DNA from: Phaeosaccion multiseriatum
Lineage: Eukaryota; Protista; Ochrophyta, other classes
DNA: 64,000 nt
Assembly (NCBI GenBank): GCA_965112735.1
Contig: OZ218955.1
Location: 62,001 to 126,000, forward strand
Direction of reading: 5' to 3'
Part shown: piece after piece, positions 1 through 16,440 of the stretch
How positions within the stretch are numbered: the stretch's first letter is position 1
Layout of the letters: every line of letters begins with the position of its first letter
The notes under the pieces: model-generated
What the model saw: the letters and a program-made list of their open reading frames with translations, nothing else
Databases searched by the model: none
What the model was told of the DNA's origin: nothing
Program-made: the position numbers and the translations under genes

Positions 1-3000
1 ACCGAGTGCTGCTTCCTGCGCCGCTGCCCCTGCCCCTGCTCCTGCCCCTGCTCCTGCTCCTGGCTCTGGCTCTGCCGCTTCTGCAGCCGCTTTTGCTGCC
101 ACAGCCCTTTCGGCGCTTGTGGCCTGGCTGCTTGTGGCCTGGCTGCTTGTAGCCTTGCTCCTTGTGGCGTTGCTCCTTGTGGCGTTGCTCCTTGTGGCGT
201 TGCTGTAGGCGGAGAGGACACTCTCTCTGGAGAAGGGTTTCTCACAGAACAGGCAGCTCTGCTCCTCCAAGTCCACGCGCACGCTCGTCAGCACGCTTGC
301 CGATATGATGACAACTGGTGCGTCCGCCGCCACCCCGGGGCTCAGCTCGCCTCTCCGAATGCGCTGGACAAGGTCGAAGCCGTCCCCATCAGGAAGGCCC
401 ATGTCGAGCCACACCTGCCCATATGCTTGCCCGGACTCGCATGCGGCCTCCGCGGCGTCCAGAGCGGCTGCGAAGGAGCTGGCGATGGTGCACGTGTTGG
501 CTCTGCTGGCACTGGCGGAGGGCGTCAAGCCCTGCCCTCTTGCCCCCCCTACCGACTCGATCATTCGCTGCAGGAGCTGCGCGTTCATCTTAGAGTCCTC
601 GACGATGAGACAGCCAGGCTCAGACTTAGGCTCAGGCTCAGGCTCAGGCTCAGGCTTAGGCTTAGGCTTGGGCTCAGACTTGGGCTCAGACTTGGGCTCA
701 GACATGGGCTCAGACTTGGGCCCTGAAGCTCCTCGTGGCCCTCCTTGTGAGCCTCGTGCTAAGCCTTGCTCTGACCCTTGTTCTGACCCTCCTTCTGAGC
801 CATCTCCTGACCGCAGCAGGTCCACCCCCGGACACCCTTGGCTGTGTCCCTTCGGGCTGTGTCCCTTCGGGCTGTGTCCCTTCGGGCTGTGTCCCTTCGC
901 CTTCACCTCAGCGCAAGGCCCGCCTCCACCCCTTCCATCCCTTCCACTGCCATCCTTTTCAGTGGGATGTATTTGACTGTGCTTGGCGCTGGCGTGGGCT
1001 CGTGCCTCCCCCCCCTCACCCCCATCACCCGCTTCCTGCGCCCCCCTTGGGGCCTCGCTACCGCCGCCGCCGTTACCGCCGCCAGATTCAGGTTCAACAC
1101 CAGCTCCTCCCCCTCCTCCCTCCCCTTCAGGCTCAACACCAGCTCCTCCCCCTCCTCCCTCCCCCCCTGCTCCTCCATCTGCTTCTACCCGTCCTCCCCC
1201 CCCCCCCGCCCACCCTCCGCCGTCGTCGTCGTCGGAGGCAGCGCAACTGGGCGCCGCGTGGTTGGGGCTGTGACTGTGGGCCTCCCCCCCGGAGCTGCCC
1301 CCCTGACTCTGCCTGTGAAGCACCAACATGTCCACTGGCTGCGCAAAGCCCGACCCCATGGTGGCGGTGAAGGTGCTCCCCCTCCCCCTCCCCTCGCTGC
1401 GCACTTCCAAAGCCCCCCCCGTGGCCTGAACGATCTGTGACACAATGGTGAGCCCAAGTCCTGTGCCGGGCATGGTCTGGCCAGCTGCTCGGGCCCCGTC
1501 AGTTCGGAAGAAGGCTCCCAAGATGTTCACCTATGTCAGTAACGAGAACGGGCGAGGAGTGGGGTGAGTGGGTGAGTGGGTGAGTGAGTGAATGAGTGGA
1601 CGGACGGGTGAATGAGTACGTGAGTGCATCAGTGAGTGAGTGAGTGAGAGTGAGCTAAGCCTCCTCCCCACAGGCATACACATTGGTGATACGCACCCCA
1701 ACACACAGATCACAGATACACACCTGCTCCGAAGGCGTAAGTCCCATGCCAGAGTCCGTGACGCGCACCACCACGTAACACCCGGGGGGGGCGTCGGGCC
1801 CCGGTGGGTGTTGTCCCAGGGGGGGCTCGCTCTCGTCTGTGACTGCACCTGTAACTGGGTCGCTTTGGCGGCGGCTACTCCGTCCACTGCCATCCCTCCT
1901 CCATCGTCCGAATCTCTCCCTGCGTCCTACGGGACCCTCCTCCAGGTCATCTCCATCCACTGCCATCCCTCCTCCATCATCAGTCCCGCTCCTCCACATG
2001 GTCGTGGGGTTAGGGTTAGCTAAGCGTCCATCGCCTTTTTTGGGGTCCTTCTTCACCCCCTCCCCTTCCACTGGCACAATGACGTCAAACTCCACACGCA
2101 CCCCCCCCTCGACCGTATATTTAAAGGCATTGTCTATTAAGTTCACACACACTTGCGTGAGACGGTGCGCATCGACCATCACAGCAGGGGCCTCCAGAGC
2201 CGCCGCCGCCGGAGTTAGACCCACCTCACACGTCAGGCCTGTCTCCCGCGCCTTGCTCCTGAAACGACACGCCAGCTGAGCCGCGAAGAGCTCGAGGCGG
2301 CAGGGCGAGGGCTCGATAGTGACCCCCTGGTAGCGGCCGCTGTCGAAGATGGTGAGGATGTCGTCCACATGCCTTGCCATGAGCTTTGCCTCCTCTAAGA
2401 TGGCGCGGACATCGCCCCACACCCGCTGGGGGCTCGAGTCGGACAGGGCCTGCCAAGGCAAACGGGAAAGGAAGGGAAAGGAAGGGAGGAGCGAAGGCAG
2501 AGCGAGAGGAGTAGAGTAAAGCTCAAGTGCAAATGCGGAGAGCAATGGGTCATTTAGTCGCTTCTTTTGAGACAACCTATAAGGGAGAACCGGTGCCCTA
2601 CCTGCTCTGCCGTGCCGCGGATGATACTGAGCGGGGTTCGAAACTCGTGACTGGTGACCGCGAAGAACTCGAGCTTGTCAGCGAGGTGCTGTCTGAGCTC
2701 GGTCGCCGCGTCCTTCAGCGCGTTGGTGGTGAGGGCGATGAGTCCGCTCGTGATGCCCAGGATGACCGAGCACGTGTTTGCCCCCGCCTGCACGGCCCAG
2801 CCGTCGTCTTGCTCGGCGTGCAGAAGGAGACTGATGGGGCCCCTTTCCAGCAGCACCCCGACAAACACGCTCACGACAGACACGAGGGCAAGCACGCCGG
2901 TCAGGGAGCGGGACAGCACTAGGGAGGCGAAAGCCACCACTGCCTGCGAGAGGAAGATGGAGGGCAGTGCCAGCATCAGATGCAAGTCCGAGGGGGACGT

Positions 3001-4002
3001 GTAGATGAGAGCGTTCACCACCGCGGCCGCCACGCAGAGACCGTCTTGTCTGCGGGACAAGCTCGCCCCCTGCGGCTTGCGGGGCTGCCAACCGTCGCCG
3101 TGCCACAGGAGGTTGACGAAGAAGAACACATTCCAGAGGCCGGCGAAGTCCCCCAGTAGCCACCTGCAGAACACTGTACTAGTCCACTCTCTCCTCGTCG
3201 AGGAGTGACCGGCCTGCTGCGATGAGGGGCTCGGCGTGAAGTACGTGAGGGCCAGAGTGGCAATCACGGCCCCGCAGGTACATGCCACGACGGTTGCGAG
3301 GACAAGATGTCCATAGTCCAGGGCACGCTGCAGCTTCGAGAAGGGGTCCAGCTTCCACTTCCACAATAGCAAGAGCACCACCACCACTACCACCACGTCC
3401 GCGAGCGCGAGGAGGAAGACCAGTGGTGCTCCATTCAGGGGGGCGAAGGCCGCTCGGGCCAGAAAGTAAGACGATGCGAACACGCACAGGTGAGCGAAGC
3501 CTGCCACGAGCCCTGTTTGTTGGACGGCAAGATGCACGAACAGAGCTCCCACCGCTTCTCCCATCCCGTCCGCGCCGTCAAGCTTGTGGGGACGGGAGAA
3601 GGGAGGGGGGGGAAGGAGGGGGCAGAGGCAGGGGGGGGAGCACAAGCGTCATCAACACATGTACCACAAACAGCAGCAGCAGGATCTTTCATTTCTTCTC
3701 TCATCCCTTTCGTCGCTCTCTCATCATACCCTGCTGCCGCCTCACGGCCTCACCTGGACATGCAAGGACACCCATGTGGCCACCACCACAAGAAACGATT
3801 GCGCGCACAGCTTTGAAATAACTTTGAGCACTCGTTGGAGCTGACGGCGGCGGGGCTCGGACAGGAAAGGGGCGTGTGCCATGGCAACAAGAAGCTCCTG
3901 CTGCCCCAATTCTGCCTTCCCCTTCCTGTAGTAGAGAGCTATGCAGTCATCAGATGGCAATCGGTAATTTATAGTTGTCTCAGGGGCTTCGTGGCGCTCC
4001 AT
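1..4002 (-). CDS. Hybrid sensor histidine kinase (MASE1-like TM sensor, HisKA, HATPase_c, receiver); 3' end beyond the window
   Basis: Spliced translation gives a multi-TM region with CRWLLGDFAG (MASE1-like WxxGD), H-box FFAVTSHEFRTPLSII, N-box RLTQVCVNLIDNAFKYT, G1 VTDSGMGL, G2 PGTGLGLTIV...GGALEVRSEGRGRGSTF, and receiver LIVEDSKMN...WLDMGLPDGDG...IISA...EKPF (~210-615). Predicted introns at about 3583-3753, 2451-2601 and 1531-1722. The start exon is less certain. Confidence 0.88.
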
Positions 4003-4332
4003 TCATTGGGGGGGATTTCATTTTTGTTATTTTTACTTCCCCCCCCTTGTTTTTGGAAGTTGAAACGGTTCAAGAAGGAAATTCTGGCTTTATTTTCTAG
4101 AGGCCTTTTTCATGCACGACCCTCCTCCTCCTCCTGCTCCTGCTCCTCGTCGTCCTCCTCGTCGTTGTCGTCTTCAGAGCTCCGTGGTTCCCCTCTCTGA
4201 CTTCGTTGGCTCTTGGTGCTCGGCGCCCCTCCACCTCGCATTGTCCAACACAACCAAACTGGGTACCCTCATTGGGTACCTACCCTCGTTGGGTGCCCTC
4301 ATGGTTGGGTACCCCCCACCCCACTACCCGGA

Positions 4333-8335
<4,003 letters not shown>

Positions 8336-8353
<18 letters not shown>

Positions 8354-9764
8354 TATGGCCTGGCCTCTCCAATACTTTTTCCCCTCCTCCTCTCCTCCTC
8401 AAGCTACTCCCTCACCGGCTCTCTCCTTTCCCCATTCTTACTTGGCCTCCATTCGCTGCTGCCTATACAGGTTGACGTCCCCGCAGCAAAGAGCACAGTC
8501 AGCCACGACTGGTTGTGCGAGAGGGATGATGGATGGCAGGATCATCATGGGAGGGGGGATCACTTGGAGTCATATGGGCCGGCTCCCTCTTGTCAGTGGG
8601 ATCGGATCATGCATGGACAGAGGATGTTGGATGAAGGGCAGGATCAAGAGCAAGAGGAGCCGAAGCAGAAGAAGCAGCAGCAGCAACAGCCGCAATCGCG
8701 TGCCCTCAGCGTGAGTGCCGCGGCAGAGGCTGATGCATTGGCCCTGAGCAAGGAGTGGGGCTTCGGCCTGCTCGAGGCAGAGGCGCTCACACCGGAGGAG
8801 GTGCAGCAGGCAGTGCGAAAGCTCGAGATCTTCGCCGAGCAGAACCCCGGTAGAGTGCTGCATGAGCAGGAGGGGGCAGGGGCAGGCAAGGCGGGAGTGG
8901 GCGGCGGCAAGCTTTGACCTCCCCTCCTGCCCTGAAAGGATGTCCTCACTGGGCCTGAGATACACTAGGGATGTTACCAAACGCGTCCGAGACCATGGCA
9001 TACACAGGGGTGGCCCGATCCGTAGGCCCACGACAAGCATGGCCAAGACTATGACTTGGAGCGATTTGAGACAAAGAGCCCGGAGAGAGCCTGTCGACTG
9101 CAGGACGAGTTGTACAAAGTCCAGCCTCTTTGCCAGCGGAAGCACGTGTAGCCTACGCTAAGTAAAGCAGGTAGGCGTCTCGCTGACCGAAAGGACCTGC
9201 CACCTGGAGGCTGGAGGTTGGAGGGGAAGGCGGAAGAGGGGGACCCCGAGGGGCAGCAGCGCAGCAGTTGGTGATACAGCACCAGACCGCGCGAAGGGGC
9301 ACCGAACGGACCTGCATCTGCTCGGGCAGCACCAGTGTGGGCGGAGGAGGCGAGGAGGAGAAAGAGAGGAGAGAGAGCTCGAGTCCGTCGCCAGCAGAGG
9401 GGCGAAGCGGGGCAGGGGTCGTCCCCCCCTGCCTCCCATCACAGCCATCCCTCCCTGCCTCCCTGCGTTTCTGCATCGCCGCTGGGAGGTCTTTAAGCAC
9501 GTTACCTCAACTCCTTTCGAAGGCTTAACTCTTAACTCATGTCTCAGGGGGGCAACAGGGACGCACGCACATGTTCGCGGGGCAGAAGGGCGAGCAAGGG
9601 ACAGCGAGAGAGAGAGAGGGACACAGAGAGAGAAAAGGGTGAGCAAAGGACAGAGAGACAGAGAGAGGGACACAGAGAGAGAAAGGGGGAGGGGGGAGAG
9701 AGAGAGAGAGACAGAGATAAAGGGAGAAAGCTCACGCGTGGCTTGTCTTGGCGGTGGTGATCAT
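8336..9764. other. Possible small hypothetical gene; strand and structure unresolved
   Basis: Overlapping ORFs 8336-8917(+) and 8570-9145(-), plus minus-strand mini-exon candidates near 9736-9764 and 9507-9543. No recognisable domain. Confidence 0.25.
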
Positions 9765-10076
9765 GTCATTAATTGTAAAAAAACTAGATGACAAATGAAA
9801 AGCAAGGTGCCGGGCGTGTCGCTAGAGCGAAGGAGCAACCGCGTGGGGTGGCACGAACAGGACTGCCGTTCCAACCCCTCCTTCTTCCCTTTAGGACTGC
9901 CGTTCCAAGCCCTCCTTCTTCCCCCCTTGTGTCATTGTCCTCCGATATATACTTTGTCAGGCCAGAGGGGACACAAGCAAGTACCCCTCGCCACACCCCC
10001 ACCCCCTGGCCACGGCACCACACCTCCCCCTCTCTTCAAAGGAAGGATACTTGTAGCCCCCCTCCCCTTCAGCCCT

Positions 10077-11001
10077 TCAGCCCCCTTCTTCTCCGAGCAA
10101 CAGCAGAGCGGCTTGGCCAACAGCTTCCCCTCGGCCCACGCGCCGCATGACCCCCCCCCCACCTCCCGATAAAGCCTCCGCGACTGCTCCTCCCCCCCCC
10201 GATAGAGCTCCACAGGCGCCACTCTGCTTCCTCTTCAGAGCCGCGGCGGCCCACCAACCCCGAGGAGGAGGGGCGGGGGGCGGCGCCATCTGTGAGCCGG
10301 CGCTGCTGCCGATATGACTCACACCTCTCTGCTGCCCTCCCGAGCCGTCCTCCAAGGAAGACAAGCTCAGCAACTCGCCCCGGTGCTCAAGCCGGCCACG
10401 CGCTCCTCCAGCGCCAGCAGCAGCAGTTGTTGATACAGCAGCAGCAGCAGCAGTTGGTGATACAGCAGCAGCAGCAGCAGCTCTCCTGACAAGCAGCCGG
10501 CGGCCGAGCAATAGCACGGCCAGACCGCAGCACGCGAGCACACGCACACCCACACTACGCGCCGCCACCACCCTCACCATCGCCCCTCCACCCCCCAGTG
10601 CTGCGGCCACAGGAGGGCGCGGCCCTCCCGGGTTCCGTTCCCCCTGAGGGCCCTGAGGTGCCATCTCACCAGGGTGGACGCTCTCTCTCTCCCACCCGTC
10701 CTCTCCGTCCTCCTCCTCATACCCCCCCCTTCCTCCTCCTCCTCCTCCTCCTCCCCGTCCACCGCCCCGCAGCGCTTGCACCTGCTTGAGCACAAAGGAG
10801 AACTGAGATGGCGTCTCAACCATGGAATCCCTCCCCTCCCGCAGGCCAGCCACGGCCCCTGCAAGCTCGGAGGACGTGCTGAGCCCCCTGGAGAGGGCGA
10901 GCGCAAGAAGCACGAGCGTTCCCGTCCTGCCCCGACCGCCGAGGCAAGACACGAGCGCCTTCTCTGAGGGAAGGGGATGGGGCTCTGTAGCCTCGCTGAT
11001 G

Positions 11002-11033
<32 letters not shown>

Positions 11034-12304
11034 ACTACTACCACCACCACCAGCACTTCTCTCGGTCTGCTCGGCGTGTTTGTCCCAGTCAGTCATGACA
11101 TTGGCCACCTCCCCCGCGAGGAGCCGCACGGCCTCCAGGTTGGTGTGTGGCGCCTCAAAGTCCCTCCAGCAAGTGTACCAGTAGTGCCGCACCAGCTGCT
11201 CCCCCACACGGTACCTGGGGTCAGGAGGAGAAGGGGCAAGCAGGAGGGACTTAAGACCAAGACAGACCAAGATGACCAACGCAGTGCTCCATCTACCCTC
11301 TGTCCTCTGTCCCCTGCAGCAGGGACTTTCCCATCCACTGCCATCCTCCCCTCTCCTCACCTGTACAGCGTGTATCCCTGCTGCGGTCTCTGCTCTGTGG
11401 CCAGCATGGTCACGGGGTGCGCCCCCCCGGAGAGCGGGTGTGAGGGCTGCGAGAACACCTCCTCCACCCAGTTCACACACGGGGCGGGGTCGTCGGATGT
11501 GGTTTCCAGGTTTGGATGTAGCTGGACAACCAGCCCCACTTTCTGCTCCACTACCATCCGTTTCCAGTCGCTGAGTGTTTCAGTGGTGGGGGAGTCCCAG
11601 GGGGGCCCAAGGAGGGGACACTGCGTGGCTATTGTTCCCGGAGCCACAGTGTTGGCATCGATAAAGGCCCACTCCTCCGAGGAGTCCGGGTCGGAGCTGG
11701 GGTCCCGCTCCTCCCCCTCCTCCTCCTCCTCCTCCTGATGCTTGCCCAAAACCACCCGGCTGTGGCGGTAGATAGGCTTGGGCGGGTTGGAGCGCTGCTT
11801 GTGGGCAAAGCCGATGAGGCTGGGAGAGAGGAAGCGCCCCGAGTCGGAGTAGACACATGACGTGAGGGGAGGTGAATGCTCCGTGCCAGGCTTGGAGAAG
11901 CAGTTGTCGCTACCATCACTGCTGCTGCTTCCCTCTGCATTGCTGCTTGCGGGATCCTCATCGCCGCCACTCCGTCCCCCGACGTGGTGCTCTCCGCCCT
12001 CGAGCCTCGAAGAGCTCGAAGAGAGAGGACGGCGCATTCCCATTCCCTTCGCCGCCCCCCCTCCTTTCGGAAGCGGAACTCGCACCTGCGGGCAAAAGCC
12101 CATCGATCGCGAGAGCTTGAGGCGGTCCAGCCAAAGTGGAGCTCCAAAGCTTCCCTCTTCCCCAGTCACGCGGTACCTCCCTGCGTCCATCCAGGCGAGA
12201 TCGGCCCAGCCGCGGCATGCCCTCCACTCTGAGGGGTGAGCAGTGCGAGGGAAGAGCGACCCGACTCCCAAACTTGCCATATGTGCTGTGCTCCTCCTCG
12301 TCAC
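10077..12304 (-). CDS. Classical protein-tyrosine-phosphatase-fold protein with a C-terminal hydrophobic segment
   Basis: FIDANTV, TIATQCPL, LSDWKRMVVEQKVGLVVQL, VRHYWYTCWRDFEAP (WPD loop), LVSCLGGRGRTGTLV (P-loop) and REGRDSMVETPSQF (Q-loop). Intron at about 11215-11360. The true start may lie further upstream (to about 12990). Confidence 0.85.
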
Positions 12305-13667
12305 ATCAACCTTCCTCTTTCAACCTCTTTTCGAAACTCTTTTCCTTCATGCTGCCCTTGACACAGAGTCTGTCCAGTAGCAACCGCAACAGTAGTAGTG
12401 GAGGCAGTATTAACAGAAGTCGGTGGTAGCAGTGGTAGCCGCAGGCAGTAGCGTATATATAGAAGAAGGAGAGGAGGAGAAGGGGGAAAAGGGGAGGAAA
12501 AGGGCGGTATTTTCAGCGAAGCAGTATAGGAAACGAATCCAAACGGGCATTGACGATTGGCGATTGGCAGGGGTTCAGGAGTTGAGGTCAAAGCAACAAA
12601 CAACCCAGACAAACCGCCCTCCTTTTCCCCTACGACTGCTGCTACTGTCCCTGCTATGCTAGTTTCCTTCCGCGCCTCCCCCCCCCTCAAGCTTGCGTGG
12701 AAGTCCTGCGCCTAAAAGCCTTTTTCGATTCTTGCGTTTGGTAAACACGACTGCCACTCAAGCGGCGAGGAGAGCCCTTGGAAATAGGGCTGAAGGCCTC
12801 GAACTACAACAAGGTAAGCAAGAAGGAGCGAGGGAGTGGGCGTTGCTTGGCCAGAACGGCAACCCAAGGCGCGAAGAGTGCTCACCTGTCTGTGCATATC
12901 TGTTTGGTGTGGAGCGTGAGAACTGTGGGCAGCACCCCAGTGAGGGTAGTGGGGAAGGCTCAAGGTCGTCTTCGAAGAGCATATCCTCCATCGTAGCCCT
13001 GTCTGCGAGGGAAAAAAGGCGGGTTGGGCTGAGGCCCGAGGGGAGAAAGCTCCCTTGGGGAGGTCCCGGGGAGGATCCGGGGGGGGGGTGTACAAAAGAA
13101 CCTTATTCGCAAGCGGGGCGCCTGATAGCGATAGACAGGGGATGAGACTTCATTGTGATCTGGGAGGGGGCCGGGGACGGGGGGGGCTCACGCTGAAGCG
13201 TCCCTCTGGACGGAGGCGTGGAATCTATCCTCGGTCCATACAATTGTTAGCGCCGGAGGACAGGCGGGGGCGGGGGGGCTGTGATGGAGTTTAGACTATC
13301 CAAGACTCCCGAGTCTTGAATCAGAGCGGAGGCAGTGGTGATGCGTGGGGTCACGTTTGGGGGCCGATGCAAAACCTCCTTTTCGGACGTCTTTTCGGGA
13401 GGCCGGAACACACAATCATACATACGCACAGTGGCTTGAACCAAGCGCCTCCGAGACGCACCGCGCTTTTCCCTCAGAGCTCTGATCGCCCTTCTTGCTC
13501 CAACTCTCACCCAACCAGGGGGGGGCAATCTACCAGGTTGCGCTTGAACCTCTCCGGGGAGGGCAGGAAGGAGGCAGCAAAAGGAGCAGCAGCAGGAGGA
13601 GGAGGAGGAGCGAGGGAAGGGAGGCAAGCCCGTCCATTTGTGGCAGAGAGCAGAGAGCTGAGGCGCC

Positions 13668-13935
13668 ATGAGCGGAAGCGCCTACATGGAGCCCCCTCCC
13701 CTGATGCCCACCCCACTGCCCAGCCCGCTGCCTCTGGAGCCATCCCCCCTGCCGAGCCCTCTCACGGCCGAGTCAGTGGCCCCGCAGCCGCTGGCAACCG
13801 AAGTCGTGCCCTTCCCTCCCCTCGCTGCTGAAGGCACTCAGCCGCAGCCGCTAACCGTGGAGCAGCAGCAGCAGCAGCAGCAGCAACAGCAACAGCAGCA
13901 ACAACAGCAACAGCAGCAACAACAGCAGCAGCAGC

Positions 13936-13969
<34 letters not shown>

Positions 13970-15663
13970 GCAACAGCAGCAACAGCAGCAGCTGCAACAA
14001 CAGCAACAGCAGCCCCATCTCATGGCAGCGGTTCATCCCATGCCGGAGCAGCCCTTAGCGGACGACAGTGTCTCCGCGGAGTCCGAGCGAGCAGTGGCCA
14101 TCGCCGCCGCCAGCGCCGCCGCCGCAGCCGCCGCAGCGGTGGTGCACACCCCGGCAGGCAAGATGGCCTGCCTCGCTGACGGGTGCGACAAGATCGCGAG
14201 GAGCGACGGCTTCTGCGTGAACCACCGCAGGGCCTCCCCCACTCGCTGCAGCTTCGAGGGCTGCAACAGCCGCGCAAGGCAGGGAGGGGTGTGCATCAAG
14301 CACGGGGCGCGCGAGAAGAGATGCTCCGTGGAGGGCTGCGAGAAGAAGGCGCAGCAGGGCGGTGTGTGCATACACCACGGGGCCAAGGTGCAGGTGCGTT
14401 TGTGTGTGTGTCTAAAAGCCTATACATGACTCTAAATGCCTACATATGGCATCTCTCACCTCGAATCTCCCATTTGTTGCGCGTTATTCTCCCTCGCAAA
14501 CGGTCCCACCTGGCCTGTAATGCACGCACACACGCACACACGCACACACGCACACACAGCGCTGCCGAGCCGAGGGCTGCGAAAAGTACCCCGAGAGGGC
14601 AGGCTTCTGTGCCACACACGGGGGAAAGCGCTTCCGCTGCGTCAAGGAGGGCTGCAAGAAGGTGGTGATGGAAAAGGGGGACGCGTGTGTGGTGCACGGG
14701 GGGTTGCCGCCTCCGCCACGCCCCAAGAAGGCCAAGCGCCTGCCCAAGGTGCTGCCCGCCCCTGTGCATGGGGCTCAAGGGAACGCAGCGGGGGGGGGGG
14801 GGGCTCTGCCAGCCGTGGTCGGTGCCGTGTCCACGCTCGGGGTGGTGGTCCCCTTGACCCTGCAGCAACAGCAACAGCATGAGCAGCAGCAGTTGGCGAT
14901 TCAGCAGCAGCAACAGCAGCAGCAGCTGGTCTTGCAGCAGCAGCAGCAACTGCAACAGCAGCAGCAGCACCATCAGCAACTCGTCATGGACGCGTCGCTG
15001 CCGGGCGGGGTGGGCATGCAGACGGTGCCTGTGGTCATGGCGGGGGCGGTGCCTGGGGTGGACCAGCAGGCACAGCAGGCTCTGCAGCAGCAGCAGCAGC
15101 AGGCCCTCCAGCAGCAGCACCAGCAGCAGCAGCAGGCACTGCAGCAGCAAGCCCTTCAGCAGCAGCAGGAGCAGCAAATGCAGCTCCACCAGCAGCAACA
15201 GCAGGAGCTGCAACAGCAGCAGCAACAGCAGCAACAGCAGCAGCAGCTGCTCCAGCAGCAGATGCAGCAGCAACAACAGCAGCACCAGCTCCACCAGCAC
15301 CTCCTTCCCCAACAGCAGCAGCCTCAGCAGCTGGTGGCACAGCAGCCTCAGCAGTTGGTGGTACAGCAACCTGTGCACGAACTCATGGTGCAGCCCATCC
15401 CTCTCTCCGTGGATCACCAACACGGCCAGCACGTGGGGCTGTCACAGTTGTCGACCGAGCAGACCGTGGACGTGGTGGGTGTTGGAGACGCGGCTGCGGC
15501 TGCCGCTGCTGCTGCGGCGGCGGCGGCTGCGTCAGAGAGTGTCTTCGCCACCACCGTGTTCCCTCCACACACGCCCACCACTTCCATCGGGCTCAAGAGG
15601 GACCGGGAGGAGGACACGCTGATACAGGCCATCGATATGCCCACTCAGCACACGAGTGTGTAG
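13668..15663 (+). CDS. PolyQ protein with five C-x4-C-x9/10-C-x2-H zinc-finger-like repeats (WRKY19-like/stramenopile type); putative transcription regulator
   Basis: Exons 13668-14393 and 14560-15663. Repeats: CLADGCDKIARSDGFCVNH, CSFEGCNSRARQGGVCIKHG, CSVEGCEKKAQQGGVCIHHG, CRAEGCEKYPERAGFCATHG, CVKEGCKKVVMEKGDACVVHG. NLS-like RPKKAKR. Confidence 0.85.
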
Positions 15664-16440
15664 AGAGGGAATGGCGGACAAGAAGGAGAAGGAGAAGGAG
15701 AAGGTCATTGGGCAGGGGGGGTTGGGGCGAGGCGGCGGGGGCGGCGGGGGGCGTTGCCTCTCTCCTCCGTGACTTGAAGGCGGGGGGGGTGGGCAGAAGG
15801 CGTGACAGCAGAAGGCGTGACAGCAGAAGGCGTGACAGCAGAAGGCGTGACAGCGACAGCCGGTCTGTCTGTCTGTCAGGGCCTGCCTCCCTCCTCCTTG
15901 ACTTGCTTGGAGGGAGCTGCCGCTGGATTCCATGTGGAAGGGAGCGGAAGATTAGTTGGAACGAAGGAGCGGAACGCACCTCCACACACACACACACGAA
16001 TAGAGAGAGGAGAGAAGAGAGGAGGAGGAGAGAGAGAGACAAGCTCGCGACAGTGGAGACGGAGGGAGGGGATGGGAGGACTCCCTGGGGGGGGGGGGCA
16101 TCTTGGGAATTTTTGTACAGTACGATAGAGAGGGGATGGGATGGCAGTGGATGGGCGAGGAGAGAAGCCCTTCGAGGGTGGCCGAAACCGAAGCGAACCG
16201 AACGGGCCTCGTAGGGGTGTCGCCGGCGCGCACAGCACAGTACGGTATGTATGTATATAGAATAAACATACATACATACATACATACATACATACATACA
16301 TACGGTACAGGCTTTGACACTCACTCCACTCAAGGCCAAACAAAACGGCTCATGGAGGGCGGAGCGGAGCCAAAAAAGGAAAGGAAAGCAGTGCTTCAAT
16401 AAATACATAACAACAATACGTATGGAAGAAGAGTACTGCC

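Noticed and set aside
305-1457. Plus-strand ORFs at the window start
   Set aside because: Antisense shadows of the kinase's last exon, which is open on the minus strand from 1530 to position 1.
2005-2022. GGGTTAGGGTTAG as a telomeric insertion (also near 17605)
   Set aside because: Only about two units inside coding sequence (NPNP-type codons); too short to support.
13861-15360. PolyQ tracts as a novel feature
   Set aside because: Common in this window's proteins and in repeat-rich genomes; recorded under the gene call.
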